This document shows, one piece after another, positions 38,128-47,519 of a stretch of 64,000 nt of DNA. The notes below the pieces were generated by a model, which saw only the letters and a program-made list of their open reading frames with translations, was not told where the DNA came from and did not search any database. The position numbers and the translations under genes were made by a program. The stretch comes from a virus. How positions within the stretch are numbered: the first letter of the stretch is position 1; each line of letters begins with the position of its first letter. Location of the stretch: positions 10,374-74,373 of the IMG/VR virus record IMGVR_UViG_3300037153_000324; one strand, given 5' to 3'.

Positions 38128-39465
38128 GTGAGCGTCGAGAGCTACGTTATTTCAGCGTTGGTCGAGGAGGGATCGCCCAAAAAGGCTTTTTCCGAAGGCG
38201 TGAACGAAAGCGACTTCGAAATCTACGATGAGGAATTTCGTTGGATCGTAGATCGAGCCGAGAAGCGTAAGCCAGTCACCCCTCGAACATTCAAGGATGC
38301 GTTTCCGGATTTTGATTTCATCATCCCGAGGGAGACGCTTCCGGATCTGCTGGACGAATTGAAACAGGAACGAGCCTTTGTCTCGATTTCAAGTGCCATC
38401 GAGGAAGTCATTGTTGACCTGACCGCTGAGAATTCGCTTCGGAAGGCCGAGGAGCTACGTGAAATTCTCGGGGACGTTCTCCGTACGCATGCCGCGCATA
38501 GCGACGTGCTCATCAAAGCCGGTTGGCGCGATCATCTGAAACGAGTTAGGGATCTTCAGATACTTCGGGAGAATGGTGAAATTGCTGGAATCCCAACTGG
38601 CATCCTTCATTTCGATCAATACTGGGGCGGGCTGCAAGGGGAAGCCAGCTACCTGATTCTCGGACGGCCGGGTGATGCTAAGAGCTTTACCCTGGCGAAA
38701 TTCACGACAGAGGCAGCCTGGCAGGGATACCGTGTCGGTTTCTTTTCGCCCGAGATGACAGAGCATCAGCATCAGTGTAGGTTCCACACGCTTCTCTCTG
38801 CCAAATCTGAAATTCAGCAGGAGTGCAATCTCAAGGGTGCATTTCCCAACCGAGCGCTCAAGGATGGGTTCGGCTTCAACCTCAAGACGTACAAGCGCTT
38901 CCTGGAATATCTCGACAATTCGATGAAAGGTGAAATTTGTCTGTTTACGCGCAAATATCGGCGTGAGCGAATGACGACGAGCTACATCGAGTCGCGGGTG
39001 GAAGAGCTAGGGCTGGATCTTGTAATTGTCGATCCGCTCTATAAGCTGAAAGCGCCACGGCACAGGGGTACGAAGTGGGAGGAGCTTTCCGAGCTTACGG
39101 ACAATCTCACGAATATTGCGCATGCATTCAACATTCCGGTCATAATGTCCAATCAGGCGACGAGAGCGCTCGTCGGATCGAGGGGCGACCCGCCTGGTCG
39201 AGACACAAGCTTCGGATCGGATGCACCTGTGCAGGAGGCAGACGTTGTATTTGGCGTTCGCCATCACTCTGACGAGCGGATAATGAAAGTTGCCTGCTCA
39301 AAGAATCGGCATGGTGAGCCATTCAAGTTCACCATGAAATTCTTGCCCAACAAAGGTGTGATGGAAGATGTGACTCCTTTGTATGGCGAGTACAAGAACG
39401 GGTACGATCCTGAGATAGCTGAAGAGCTACGTGTAGCTATGCGAGAGGAAAATGAAAATGACTGA
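38128..39465 (+). CDS. dnaB: DnaB-like replicative helicase
   Basis: GIPTG, GRPGDAKS Walker A, FFSPEM, LVIVDPLY, SNQ, SDAPVQEADVV, KNRHG. Confidence 0.9.
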   Translation: MSVESYVISALVEEGSPKKAFSEGVNESDFEIYDEEFRWIVDRAEKRKPVTPRTFKDAFPDFDFIIPRETLPDLLDELKQERAFVSISSAIEEVIVDLTAENSLRKAEELREILGDVLRTHAAHSDVLIKAGWRDHLKRVRDLQILRENGEIAGIPTGILHFDQYWGGLQGEASYLILGRPGDAKSFTLAKFTTEAAWQGYRVGFFSPEMTEHQHQCRFHTLLSAKSEIQQECNLKGAFPNRALKDGFGFNLKTYKRFLEYLDNSMKGEICLFTRKYRRERMTTSYIESRVEELGLDLVIVDPLYKLKAPRHRGTKWEELSELTDNLTNIAHAFNIPVIMSNQATRALVGSRGDPPGRDTSFGSDAPVQEADVVFGVRHHSDERIMKVACSKNRHGEPFKFTMKFLPNKGVMEDVTPLYGEYKNGYDPEIAEELRVAMREENEND

Positions 39466-39661
39466 CGAGCGCTATGTGGACAGGGTTGTTGTCGTCAAGA
39501 AAGGCGATCATGCTTTTGTCAGACTCGTTTCGAACAACGGTGAAATTTTGCTGGTGTCCGAAAACTTCCAGAATATGTCATGGGCTGCGGCAGTAGGTAT
39601 CAAACTGGCCGAGCAATTGGGTGTTTCCTATGAAGTGCTAGACGTGGAGGTAGCAAAATGA
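39452..39661 (+). CDS. DUF1508/YegP-like small protein
   Basis: RLVSNNGEILLVSE motif. Confidence 0.5.
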   Translation: MKMTDERYVDRVVVVKKGDHAFVRLVSNNGEILLVSENFQNMSWAAAVGIKLAEQLGVSYEVLDVEVAK

Positions 39662-39990
39662 AGCCTGGTGAAATTGTCAAGGTCAAGCAGCGGACGGGTG
39701 AGCGTGGTCGTCCGAAGGAAGTGACAGTTCTTGGCAGCAAAGACAAAGATGAAATCAAGATCCTCTCGCAGAACAAGGCAGCGCCGGAAGTCGAGATTTA
39801 CGACCGTGAGCGCTCTGCTGAGCCAGAAAGGACGGTTGAGTTAGGGCATGTGCCCACCCGAGTAACCGAAGCTGATAAGATTCGCTACAAGCCACGCAAA
39901 CCGGAGGAGCCTGAAATTCGGCTGAACGAGGCCGATCACAAGAAGTGGGAGAAAATCAAGACGTTGGACGAGGACGATGATGTGAAATGA
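39658..39990 (+). CDS. Hypothetical charged protein (RGRPK motif)
   Basis: ORF with GGAGG SD. Confidence 0.5.
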   Translation: MKPGEIVKVKQRTGERGRPKEVTVLGSKDKDEIKILSQNKAAPEVEIYDRERSAEPERTVELGHVPTRVTEADKIRYKPRKPEEPEIRLNEADHKKWEKIKTLDEDDDVK

Positions 39991-40149
39991 TGGAGAACGA
40001 AAAAGAGAGGCAGGTTGCACAAGCTCAGCGTCGTAGCGCCGATCATGCCCTGAAGTCGATGCAAATTTACATTCGCAGGGCTGTCAAAGCAGGTGCGACT
40101 GACGAGGAAATTTTCAATGCCGCCAAAGACGCAATCAAGGAGGAAATGC

Positions 40150-40416
40150 GTGCCTAGGGATTTGCGTGATCCTCAAGCGATAGGTCACTGGTTTGCCGAG
40201 CTTCGGGAAGCGCATCCCAACATGAAGGCGCATCAAATTGCTGACTACATTGACAGCGAAGTAGATGTGCTGAATTACACCGAATTGGAACAGACGATAG
40301 GCCAAGAAACTGTAATTCGATATCGCAGTGAGCTTTTCGAGCGTGCTGAGCAAGGGGATAGGTACGCGAAGTCGAGGCTCGATGGGCTTGCGTTCGAGGA
40401 GCCTAGCGACGGATGA
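40150..40416 (+). CDS. Hypothetical protein
   Basis: GTG after AGGAGG. Confidence 0.45.
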   Translation: MPRDLRDPQAIGHWFAELREAHPNMKAHQIADYIDSEVDVLNYTELEQTIGQETVIRYRSELFERAEQGDRYAKSRLDGLAFEEPSDG

Positions 40417-41513
40417 ATTACAAAGGTAGGAATATTGACCCGTTGAGCGTGTGGGATCGCTATGTCGAATTTCCGCCAGGGATCGACGCCGATAAGTCGA
40501 TGTTTCTTCCACTAGTTCTGTGCCCAAATCCTGAACATGACAATTCTCGCTCACCTGCATTTCAGATCAATACGACTGCGCCGCTTGTACATTGTTTCGC
40601 TCACTGTGGAATTTCAGGCACGTACGATCATGCCGTGGCGATGATCGAGGGTTACTACGATGACCTAAAGGTGGATCTAGGTGAAATTGACAGAATCCGG
40701 CAGAAGTCGGTAAAGGAGCGCTCGCGTGCGGAGCACGATAAAGTGGCTCGCTATTTCAGAGCGCAGCGAAAAGCAAGCAAGCTCATTCTTCGAGGCTCCA
40801 CTCGCTCCAAATTTTCTCGAAAAACCAGTGCCAGGAAAACGCAGGAAAAGAAATCCCAAATCAAGATCGACCTGAACTTCGACACTTTCATTCCGCAGAT
40901 CGGCTTGGAATATCTCGAAGGCCGAGGAATTACAGCAGAGTCGATTGCGCGGTGGGGGTTGGGCTGGCACCCTGACGAGAAGCGGCTCGTTATTCCAGCG
41001 CACGATGACAGGGGTACGCTCAGGTTTCTGATTCGGCGGGCGGTGAAGGATTCCCAGTGGCCCAAGTACCTGTACAGTGAGGGCTACCCCAAGACTTCCC
41101 TGCTCTTTGGGGGGTTGCAAACTGACCTAGGGATGGTACAATCCCGTGGACTGATCCTCGTAGAAGGGAGTTTCGATACGATCAAGCTTCACCAATACGG
41201 ATTGACGTGCGCAGCGGCCATTCTTGGCACAGGAATTTCACCCGAGCAGATGCGCATAGTGATGAAATTGAGGCCCAAGCGAATTTTCCTCATGTTCGAC
41301 CGCGATACGGCCGGTGTCACTAATATCTCGCTCGCAGCGAAATTGCTTGCCAGGAAATATCCGCTGTTCGTGTGCCGATATCCCAGGGGAAAATTCGATC
41401 CGGCCGAGCTAGTGAAGAAGGAGGCGTGGAATTCATTGATGAGAGCAGTGCCCTATTCGTTATGGAATAGGAAATCGAGACGGCCCGAATCGTCTCTAAC
41501 CGAAAGGAAATAA
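40413..41513 (+). CDS. DNA primase (Zn-binding domain plus Toprim)
   Basis: CPNPEHDN.RSP...HCFAHC; YL..RGI; LVEGSFD; MFDRDTAG. Confidence 0.9.
   Translation: MNYKGRNIDPLSVWDRYVEFPPGIDADKSMFLPLVLCPNPEHDNSRSPAFQINTTAPLVHCFAHCGISGTYDHAVAMIEGYYDDLKVDLGEIDRIRQKSVKERSRAEHDKVARYFRAQRKASKLILRGSTRSKFSRKTSARKTQEKKSQIKIDLNFDTFIPQIGLEYLEGRGITAESIARWGLGWHPDEKRLVIPAHDDRGTLRFLIRRAVKDSQWPKYLYSEGYPKTSLLFGGLQTDLGMVQSRGLILVEGSFDTIKLHQYGLTCAAAILGTGISPEQMRIVMKLRPKRIFLMFDRDTAGVTNISLAAKLLARKYPLFVCRYPRGKFDPAELVKKEAWNSLMRAVPYSLWNRKSRRPESSLTERK
41115..41142 (+). promoter_or_regulatory. Promoter inside the primase gene
   Basis: TTGCAA-N16-TACAAT with extended -10 TG. Confidence 0.55.
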
Positions 41514-41514
41514 G

Positions 41515-42654
41515 TTGGCGAGGACAAGAGAGAAGTTTCAGATTCGCCGCGTCAAGTCGAAAGAGGATCGCAAGCGGCCGTCTGTTTTCATGCGATTGAA
41601 AACGGATGAGGCGTTCAAGGGTGTGGCGTTGTTCGAGCCAGATCCCGAGTTGGACGACAACCCCGGCTATTTCGAGTATTACGACCACTGGGATCAGCAG
41701 GGGCAACAGTACGTCCCTTGTGCGGGTGAAATGTGCCCCTTCTGCAAGGCGAACGACAATCCTTCGACTCGGGCAATGACCGTCTGGTATTTCCCTGAGG
41801 CGGCAGACGTGAAAGACCAGATCAAGGTTTTCACGATGAATTTCAGCACGATCAACGACATTACCGACGAGGCCGAGGAAGAGGACGGCTTGATCGGTAA
41901 GAAGGTGCGCATCAAGCGTCTGTCCGACAAGGGCGATTACAAGGTGCGCGTGCTCACCGAGAAGGGCCTGACCGAAACGCAGTTGAAAAAGGTCATGGCT
42001 CGTCTCGATGAAGTGTTCCCTGACGGTCTGGAAGGCATTACGCTCGCACAGTTGAAGCGTCAGATGGAGCGCTTGCGTGCTCTGGACGAGTTGGAGGACG
42101 ACGACGAGGACGACGAGCAGGACGAGCAGCCCAAGGCTCGCCGTGGTCGGGCAATTTCAAAGGACGAGGAAGAGGACGAAGAGGAAGAGGACGACGAAGA
42201 GGAAGAGGACGAAGAGGAAGAGGACGACGAAGAGGACGAAGAGCCGACCGACGAAGAGGACGAAGAGGAGGAAGAGGAGGAGGACGACGAAGAGGACGAC
42301 GACGAGGAAGAGGACGAGGAAGAGCAGGAGCAGGCTGAAATTACAGCGGCCGAGTACGAAGTTCTCAAGTCGAGCGAGCGTGACGACACGTTCGAGTTGC
42401 AGAACGACGAGGGCAAGGTGAAGATGTGGCTCGGAGAGAACGTCGAGGTTGACTACGACGAATTCCCGAAGGGCACGCCTGTCACCGTCTCCGCGCTTCA
42501 GGACGACGAGGGCGATTGGATCATCACTGAAATCAAGGTGAAAAAGCGTCGTGGTCGTCCGCCTGCGTCCAAGGCCAAGACGCGGACAAGCCGCGCAGCC
42601 TCGTCTCGTTCCAGCGGTTCGACTCGCGGCCGGGGTAGGCCGCGTAAGCGGTAA
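41515..42654 (+). CDS. ssDNA-binding protein (gp32-like) with acidic tract, extra OB-like domain and AT-hook tail
   Basis: HW...C...CPFC Zn core after the primase; long E/D tract; RRGRPP and RGRGRPRKR. Confidence 0.65.
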   Translation: MARTREKFQIRRVKSKEDRKRPSVFMRLKTDEAFKGVALFEPDPELDDNPGYFEYYDHWDQQGQQYVPCAGEMCPFCKANDNPSTRAMTVWYFPEAADVKDQIKVFTMNFSTINDITDEAEEEDGLIGKKVRIKRLSDKGDYKVRVLTEKGLTETQLKKVMARLDEVFPDGLEGITLAQLKRQMERLRALDELEDDDEDDEQDEQPKARRGRAISKDEEEDEEEEDDEEEEDEEEEDDEEDEEPTDEEDEEEEEEEDDEEDDDEEEDEEEQEQAEITAAEYEVLKSSERDDTFELQNDEGKVKMWLGENVEVDYDEFPKGTPVTVSALQDDEGDWIITEIKVKKRRGRPPASKAKTRTSRAASSRSSGSTRGRGRPRKR

Positions 42655-42659
42655 GGAAA

Positions 42660-43008
42660 TTTCCACTTCGTGAACGATCAGGTTGTAACGGGCAAGCGTG
42701 GTAGTGAGCGGACTGTCGGTAAGGGCTTGGCGGTTTGCTCGCGTGCTACCACAAGGAACACCGTTTCGGCGGTGCCTGCTTCTACGGCAGTTGCGTTTGG
42801 GCACTGTGCAACCCTGCCCCTAAGTGAACCCGTGCGGAGTGGAAAATACATTCGGGCGGTGCGCTAAATGCGCGGCGTTATCGCCCGGATTCCAGGGAGT
42901 GTGCGCGTTCTTAGCGGTCACGCAGCCGCCCTGGAAAGCCGGGTGGGGAAGGGAATTTCCCTCTAGGGTTTCAACCCCTCTAGTGCGGAAGTCTCCGCCC
43001 CACCCGGT
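42660..43008 (+). ncRNA. Candidate large structured ncRNA 1
   Basis: Nested long stems with many G-U pairs, a UUCG loop and multi-way junctions; no credible ORF. Confidence 0.6.
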
Positions 43009-43049
43009 AATTGATTTGGCCCGAAACAACAGAAAGGAAATAAACGCGA

Positions 43050-43382
43050 ATGACATTGCCACTTCTAACGTCCGCTCAGCTTGTCGAGGAAATTGCCGAG
43101 GATACGGGCTATTCCAAGTCCGATGTGCGGCATTTCATGGACTCGCTGGCGCGGGCGATCACGGATCATGTTTCCGATTGTGAGAGAGTCAGGATTGGGA
43201 ACCTCGTCCAGATCGAGCCGAAGTTGAAAAAAGCACAGAAAAAGCGGATGGGTCGGAATCCGGCTACAGGTGAGGACATTGAAATTGCTGCCAAGCCAGC
43301 GAGTGTGCGCGTAGGTGTTCGGCCACTCGCTGGCTTGAAGGACGCGATGCCGTCCGTGCAGAAGCTTAGGAAGCGAGTCTGA
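43050..43382 (+). CDS. HU family DNA-binding protein
   Basis: IAEDTG.SK.DV; RMGRNPATGE.I.IAAKPA. Confidence 0.95.
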   Translation: MTLPLLTSAQLVEEIAEDTGYSKSDVRHFMDSLARAITDHVSDCERVRIGNLVQIEPKLKKAQKKRMGRNPATGEDIEIAAKPASVRVGVRPLAGLKDAMPSVQKLRKRV

Positions 43383-43383
43383 A

Positions 43384-43656
43384 ATGTCCAAGCTGACCAA
43401 GTACACCAAGGACAAGCAAGCGCTGTCGTCCGTTTATGAATTTCCAGGTCTGATTAGCGGTTGGAATGTGCGCATTCAGGCGAACCACGGTTCAGTTTCA
43501 GTTCGCAAAAACGGGACGACTGTTCTAACCATGACACATCAGGAAGCTGAAATTCTTGGTGAGGTACTGGTAGATGCAGCAGAGGACGGTCGGCGTCGAA
43601 TCAGGAAGATCGAGAAGAAGAGAAAAAAGAATGCTGTCAAAACGCAAGTAGCTTGA
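43384..43656 (+). CDS. Hypothetical protein
   Basis: ORF directly after HU. Confidence 0.5.
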   Translation: MSKLTKYTKDKQALSSVYEFPGLISGWNVRIQANHGSVSVRKNGTTVLTMTHQEAEILGEVLVDAAEDGRRRIRKIEKKRKKNAVKTQVA

Positions 43657-43659
43657 AAT

Positions 43660-44055
43660 TTGGCACTCCGAGGCAGGAGACGCACTGACGGAACGGCATG
43701 GCCTAGCTTGACTGGGCCTACGGCTACACGGAACGGTAGTCCCAGTGCGATTCGAGAGGGGAAGGCGTGGTACGAACCAGCGACGTGCGCACGGTAACTG
43801 GTGAGTGGTAGGAGTGCCAATGAAATTGCCTCGGCCGGGGGTATCTTGGCGGCAGGATGCCGGGGCAAGTTTGGGGTCAGGTTCCGACGATTCCCTCCGT
43901 TCCCTCACGTTTCGGTGGGATGGACGTAAGTGAAAAAGACGGCCCATAGCCATGACGCCCGTCTAATCAGCCTGGCTCCAAGAGTCTGCTCTGGCCTTGC
44001 GGCGCTAGAGCAGCATGGGGGCGCTCCTAACGAGGGTGGGGGCGCTCCCTTTTTT
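43660..44055 (+). ncRNA. Candidate large structured ncRNA 2, ending in an intrinsic terminator
   Basis: Consecutive closed domains (10-13 bp stems); final GGGGGCGCTCCT/GGGGGCGCTCCC hairpin plus T6. Confidence 0.6.
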
Positions 44056-44068
44056 CAAGGAGATGCGC

Positions 44069-44272
44069 ATGAAGAAATTAGCTGAATTGACAAATGCCAC
44101 AAAAGCGCAGCTAGTAGCGTTCATCAACACGGCTCTCGTTCTGATTGTTTCGTTTGGGATTACGTTGAGTGATGCACAGACCGCTGCAATAATTTCGTTT
44201 GTGAACGCCGGTCTTTCTCTTTGGATTGCCATGACGTATCGTGATAGCCCAAAGCGAATTTCAGATGAGTAA
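44069..44272 (+). CDS. Holin-like two-TM protein
   Basis: LVLIVSFGITLSDAQTAAII motif like actinophage holins; AAGGAG SD. Confidence 0.55.
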   Translation: MKKLAELTNATKAQLVAFINTALVLIVSFGITLSDAQTAAIISFVNAGLSLWIAMTYRDSPKRISDE

Positions 44273-47200
44273 CTATATAGAATTACATAATCACTCCACC
44301 TTCAGTATTTCGGACGGCTTTGGTTCACCGCAAGCTATTGTTGATCGTGCGAAGGAACTAGGGTGGAATGCCGTTGCATTGACGGAGCACGGGCACATGA
44401 TAAGCGCTCCGACTTTTTACAAGGCCGCTAGAACCGCTGGAATCAAGCCGATCATCGGTTGCGAGCTTTACGTTACAGGCGACTGGTCGTTTGGTATGCG
44501 GGAGAAGGTTGCGCTTACTGAGCAATTTCATCTTACGGTGCTAGCACTCTCGAAGGAGGGCTACCAGAATCTTGTTGCCTGGACGAGCGAGGCGATGAAG
44601 CGTGAAAATTTCTACCGCAAGCCGCGCATCTCTGTTGTGCGCATGGCAGAGATTGCACCGTGGCCGTTGCACCACAACGTTGTGCTTTCCGGGTGCCTGG
44701 CTTCGGAGCTTTGTCGTTCGCTTGAGAATGGAAATGGCTTGGGGATTGGAATGGAGTATGCGTTACAAATGAAATCTTTGTTCCCGAATTTCTATATCGA
44801 GATTCAGGATCACAAGATTTCAAAGTTTGACGATGACCGCTACCCGGCCTATCAAGAGCTTCTGGCAAAAGAAGTCATAGTTCAAGGGAAGCTCCTAGAA
44901 ATTTCAACACTGACTGCTGTGCCTGCAATTTTGACGAATGACTCACATCTTCAGAGGCCGCAGGATAGAAAAGCGCATGTAGCGATGAAGGCATCCGCAT
45001 GGCGATCAAGGGATGACCTTCATTATGGCCGCTCGCAGGAACAGGTAATTACCTCATACCTGGCGGACTATGCTTATTTTGGTAATTACATGCGAGATAT
45101 GGAGCAAGTCTGTGATAATGCTGATTTACCAAGGGCGTGTCTGGCTTCTGTTTCTGAAATTGTCGAAGCCGCAGATATCGTTCTCGACCCACTCGACAAC
45201 ACGGTATATTCGATTCCCTTTTCAGGCGAATCCGACCCCCTACACGCTCTCCGTCGAGCGAGTAAGTCTCGTCTGGCAAATGGGGTTTGGAAGCACGGTC
45301 GGATTGCCCGTGAGAGATTTGAGCATGAACTAGAGTCGATGGGGGATTTTGCTCATTATCTCGTCCTCATGGCGAAATTCATCAAGGAAGCGCATCGGCA
45401 GGGAATTCTGACGTGGACGCGGGGATCGGCTGCTAACTCATACCTGGCCTACTGCCTCGGGATTCATGAAATTGATTCCATCGAGTACGGTCTGACGTTC
45501 TCGCGTTTCTTCAATCCGGCTCGAAAGAAATTGCCGGATATCGACGTGGACATAGATCCGGAGCGGTATGACGATTTCATGCGCATTGTGCAGGAGCACA
45601 TGGAGCCGTTGATCGGGGCTGGTCAGGTAGTGCGCATGTGCGATTTCGGGTTGGCGCAGAATCGAGCCGCATTCAGAATGGCCGCATCTGCTCTTGGAAT
45701 TCCCAAGGAGGAGCAAGACGAAATTTCAAAGCTCCTTCCACAGATGATCGACTCTGGAATGGTGGACGAGGATACCGATGTGTTCATTGCGCTGCGTGAG
45801 GATTATCCCGAGCTATATGAAATTACGTCAGCGATCTTTGATTCGGTCAAGTCAGTGGGCCAGCACGCGAGCGCATGGGTATTCGGTACTGCTGATCGCA
45901 AGGTGGAGGACTGGATTCCTCTTTATCTAATTGCATCGAGTAATGCGCTGGTGACTCAATACGACTTCCACCAGATCGAAGATTTCGGTTTGGTGAAAAT
46001 GGACTTTCTTCGGCTCAAGACTCTGAGTATCGCGAAAAAGGTCATGCAGATGGTCGGGAAGTCGCCAATGGAATTCTACGACGTGCCGCTCGATGACTCC
46101 AAGACTTTCGAGATGATGCGTGCGGGTGACGTAGAAGGCGTCCACACTCTGCAAGGGAAGGAAACGCGGCGTGGTATCGTAGAGATGCAAGTTGAAAATG
46201 TCCACGACGTAATCGTGGCGGCGGCGTTGTATCGTCCTGCGCATACCCGTGAAGGTCGAGATAAACTCTACCTACAGCGGAGGCGTGGTGATGAAATTCC
46301 CTCTTACCCGCACTCAATTGTTGAGCGAATTGTTGGTGGAACGTTCGGAATTCCGGTATTTCAAGAGCAGGCGATGGAGATTGGTTATGCCGTCGGGATG
46401 GATGATGCAGGTGTCGATGACATTTACCAAGCCATCAAGAAGGCAAAAGGGGTTGGCAAGGGTGCAAAGGAAGCATTCTCTAAGATCGAGCCGAAATTCC
46501 TAAAGGCCGCAAAACGAAAAATGAAACCGCATGAGGCGAAAGGAAGTTGGCTGTATGTTCAAGGTTTCCAGGGTTACGGTTTCAACAAAGGTCACGCAAG
46601 CTCGTATGGTGTGCTTGCGACGAGGATGGCGTATCTGAAATGTCACTATCCGGTCGAATTTTTCGCAGCGATCCTCGATACGTTTCCCGAGAAGGCGTCG
46701 TACATTGCTGCGGCGAGAAACGCAGGGTTGAAATTCTTGCCACCGGACGTGAATCATTCTGGCAAGGGGTTCGGTATCGACCGTCAGTTAGGCGGAATTC
46801 GAGTTGGGCTAGGAAAGATTCACGGCTTGGGGCCGGTGGCGGTTGATGAAATTGTTAGGGGCCAGCCTTTTCAGACCTACGACGACTTTCTTGGACGTAC
46901 GACGCGCAGGGCAGTCAACGTCAAGCGCCTTGAAAATCTCCGCACGGTGGGTGCGTTCTCCTCGCTCGGCCTTCATCACAGAACGCGAGACGAGGAGGAA
47001 TTTCAACTACTTGGATTCACGCTCGGCCGTCCTATCGCTCTCCGGGGCTGCAAGCCTCGGCACGTTGGTGCTCGCACATCGGATAGCGGCTGGAAGCACT
47101 TGGGACGTGAGAAGGGGGTGGAGCTTACTGCGGGCCGTGCAAGTGTGAGTAAGCTGTTCTGGATTCCGCCTGATGTGAAATTGGAACTGAAGGCTTCTCC

Positions 47201-47519
47201 ATGGGCACAGGTGAAAACATGGCTGATGCTGGCAGTGGACGAAAATGGAATTCCGGTTCACTGGATGGTCAACGAGGACAAGAAGCACGTTGTCATGCTA
47301 CTGAAATACCTGCATCGGAAGTGTCAAGGCTCGGTAATTTGCGCGGATGGAATGATCCGACTTCCGTTCGTGCAGAACGGCCCACCTGGCTTCCGTTTCT
47401 TCGGGGTTTCGGGAACGTATGATGGTGAGCCGCAGTGTTGGCATGTGCAAGAGATTCAAGTAAAAGCGATTTTGGAAATTGAACGGCAAAAGCGCATAGA
47501 GCGATACAGAGGAGGATGA
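44265..47519 (+). CDS. dnaE: DNA polymerase III alpha subunit
   Basis: PHP (LHNHS.FS..DG, TEHG, TNDSH), RGSAANS, PDIDVD, KMDFL.L, VFQEQ.M, YGFNKGH. Confidence 0.95.
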   Translation: MSNYIELHNHSTFSISDGFGSPQAIVDRAKELGWNAVALTEHGHMISAPTFYKAARTAGIKPIIGCELYVTGDWSFGMREKVALTEQFHLTVLALSKEGYQNLVAWTSEAMKRENFYRKPRISVVRMAEIAPWPLHHNVVLSGCLASELCRSLENGNGLGIGMEYALQMKSLFPNFYIEIQDHKISKFDDDRYPAYQELLAKEVIVQGKLLEISTLTAVPAILTNDSHLQRPQDRKAHVAMKASAWRSRDDLHYGRSQEQVITSYLADYAYFGNYMRDMEQVCDNADLPRACLASVSEIVEAADIVLDPLDNTVYSIPFSGESDPLHALRRASKSRLANGVWKHGRIARERFEHELESMGDFAHYLVLMAKFIKEAHRQGILTWTRGSAANSYLAYCLGIHEIDSIEYGLTFSRFFNPARKKLPDIDVDIDPERYDDFMRIVQEHMEPLIGAGQVVRMCDFGLAQNRAAFRMAASALGIPKEEQDEISKLLPQMIDSGMVDEDTDVFIALREDYPELYEITSAIFDSVKSVGQHASAWVFGTADRKVEDWIPLYLIASSNALVTQYDFHQIEDFGLVKMDFLRLKTLSIAKKVMQMVGKSPMEFYDVPLDDSKTFEMMRAGDVEGVHTLQGKETRRGIVEMQVENVHDVIVAAALYRPAHTREGRDKLYLQRRRGDEIPSYPHSIVERIVGGTFGIPVFQEQAMEIGYAVGMDDAGVDDIYQAIKKAKGVGKGAKEAFSKIEPKFLKAAKRKMKPHEAKGSWLYVQGFQGYGFNKGHASSYGVLATRMAYLKCHYPVEFFAAILDTFPEKASYIAAARNAGLKFLPPDVNHSGKGFGIDRQLGGIRVGLGKIHGLGPVAVDEIVRGQPFQTYDDFLGRTTRRAVNVKRLENLRTVGAFSSLGLHHRTRDEEEFQLLGFTLGRPIALRGCKPRHVGARTSDSGWKHLGREKGVELTAGRASVSKLFWIPPDVKLELKASPWAQVKTWLMLAVDENGIPVHWMVNEDKKHVVMLLKYLHRKCQGSVICADGMIRLPFVQNGPPGFRFFGVSGTYDGEPQCWHVQEIQVKAILEIERQKRIERYRGG

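Noticed and set aside
42060-42421. Poly-Ser and Arg/Thr-rich ORFs
   Set aside because: Alternative-frame readings of the GAR/GAC acidic tract of the SSB
42670-43953. Short ORFs 42670-42867, 42824-43183, 43525-43953 and 43539-43868
   Set aside because: No SD and atypical composition; they overlap HU or the structured regions, which RNA structure explains better
42655-44060. tRNA, tmRNA, RNase P or group I/II intron in the structured regions
   Set aside because: No cloverleaf with a T-loop GTTCRA and CCA, no tmRNA ends, no RNase P or intron core motifs recognised; flanking genes are intact
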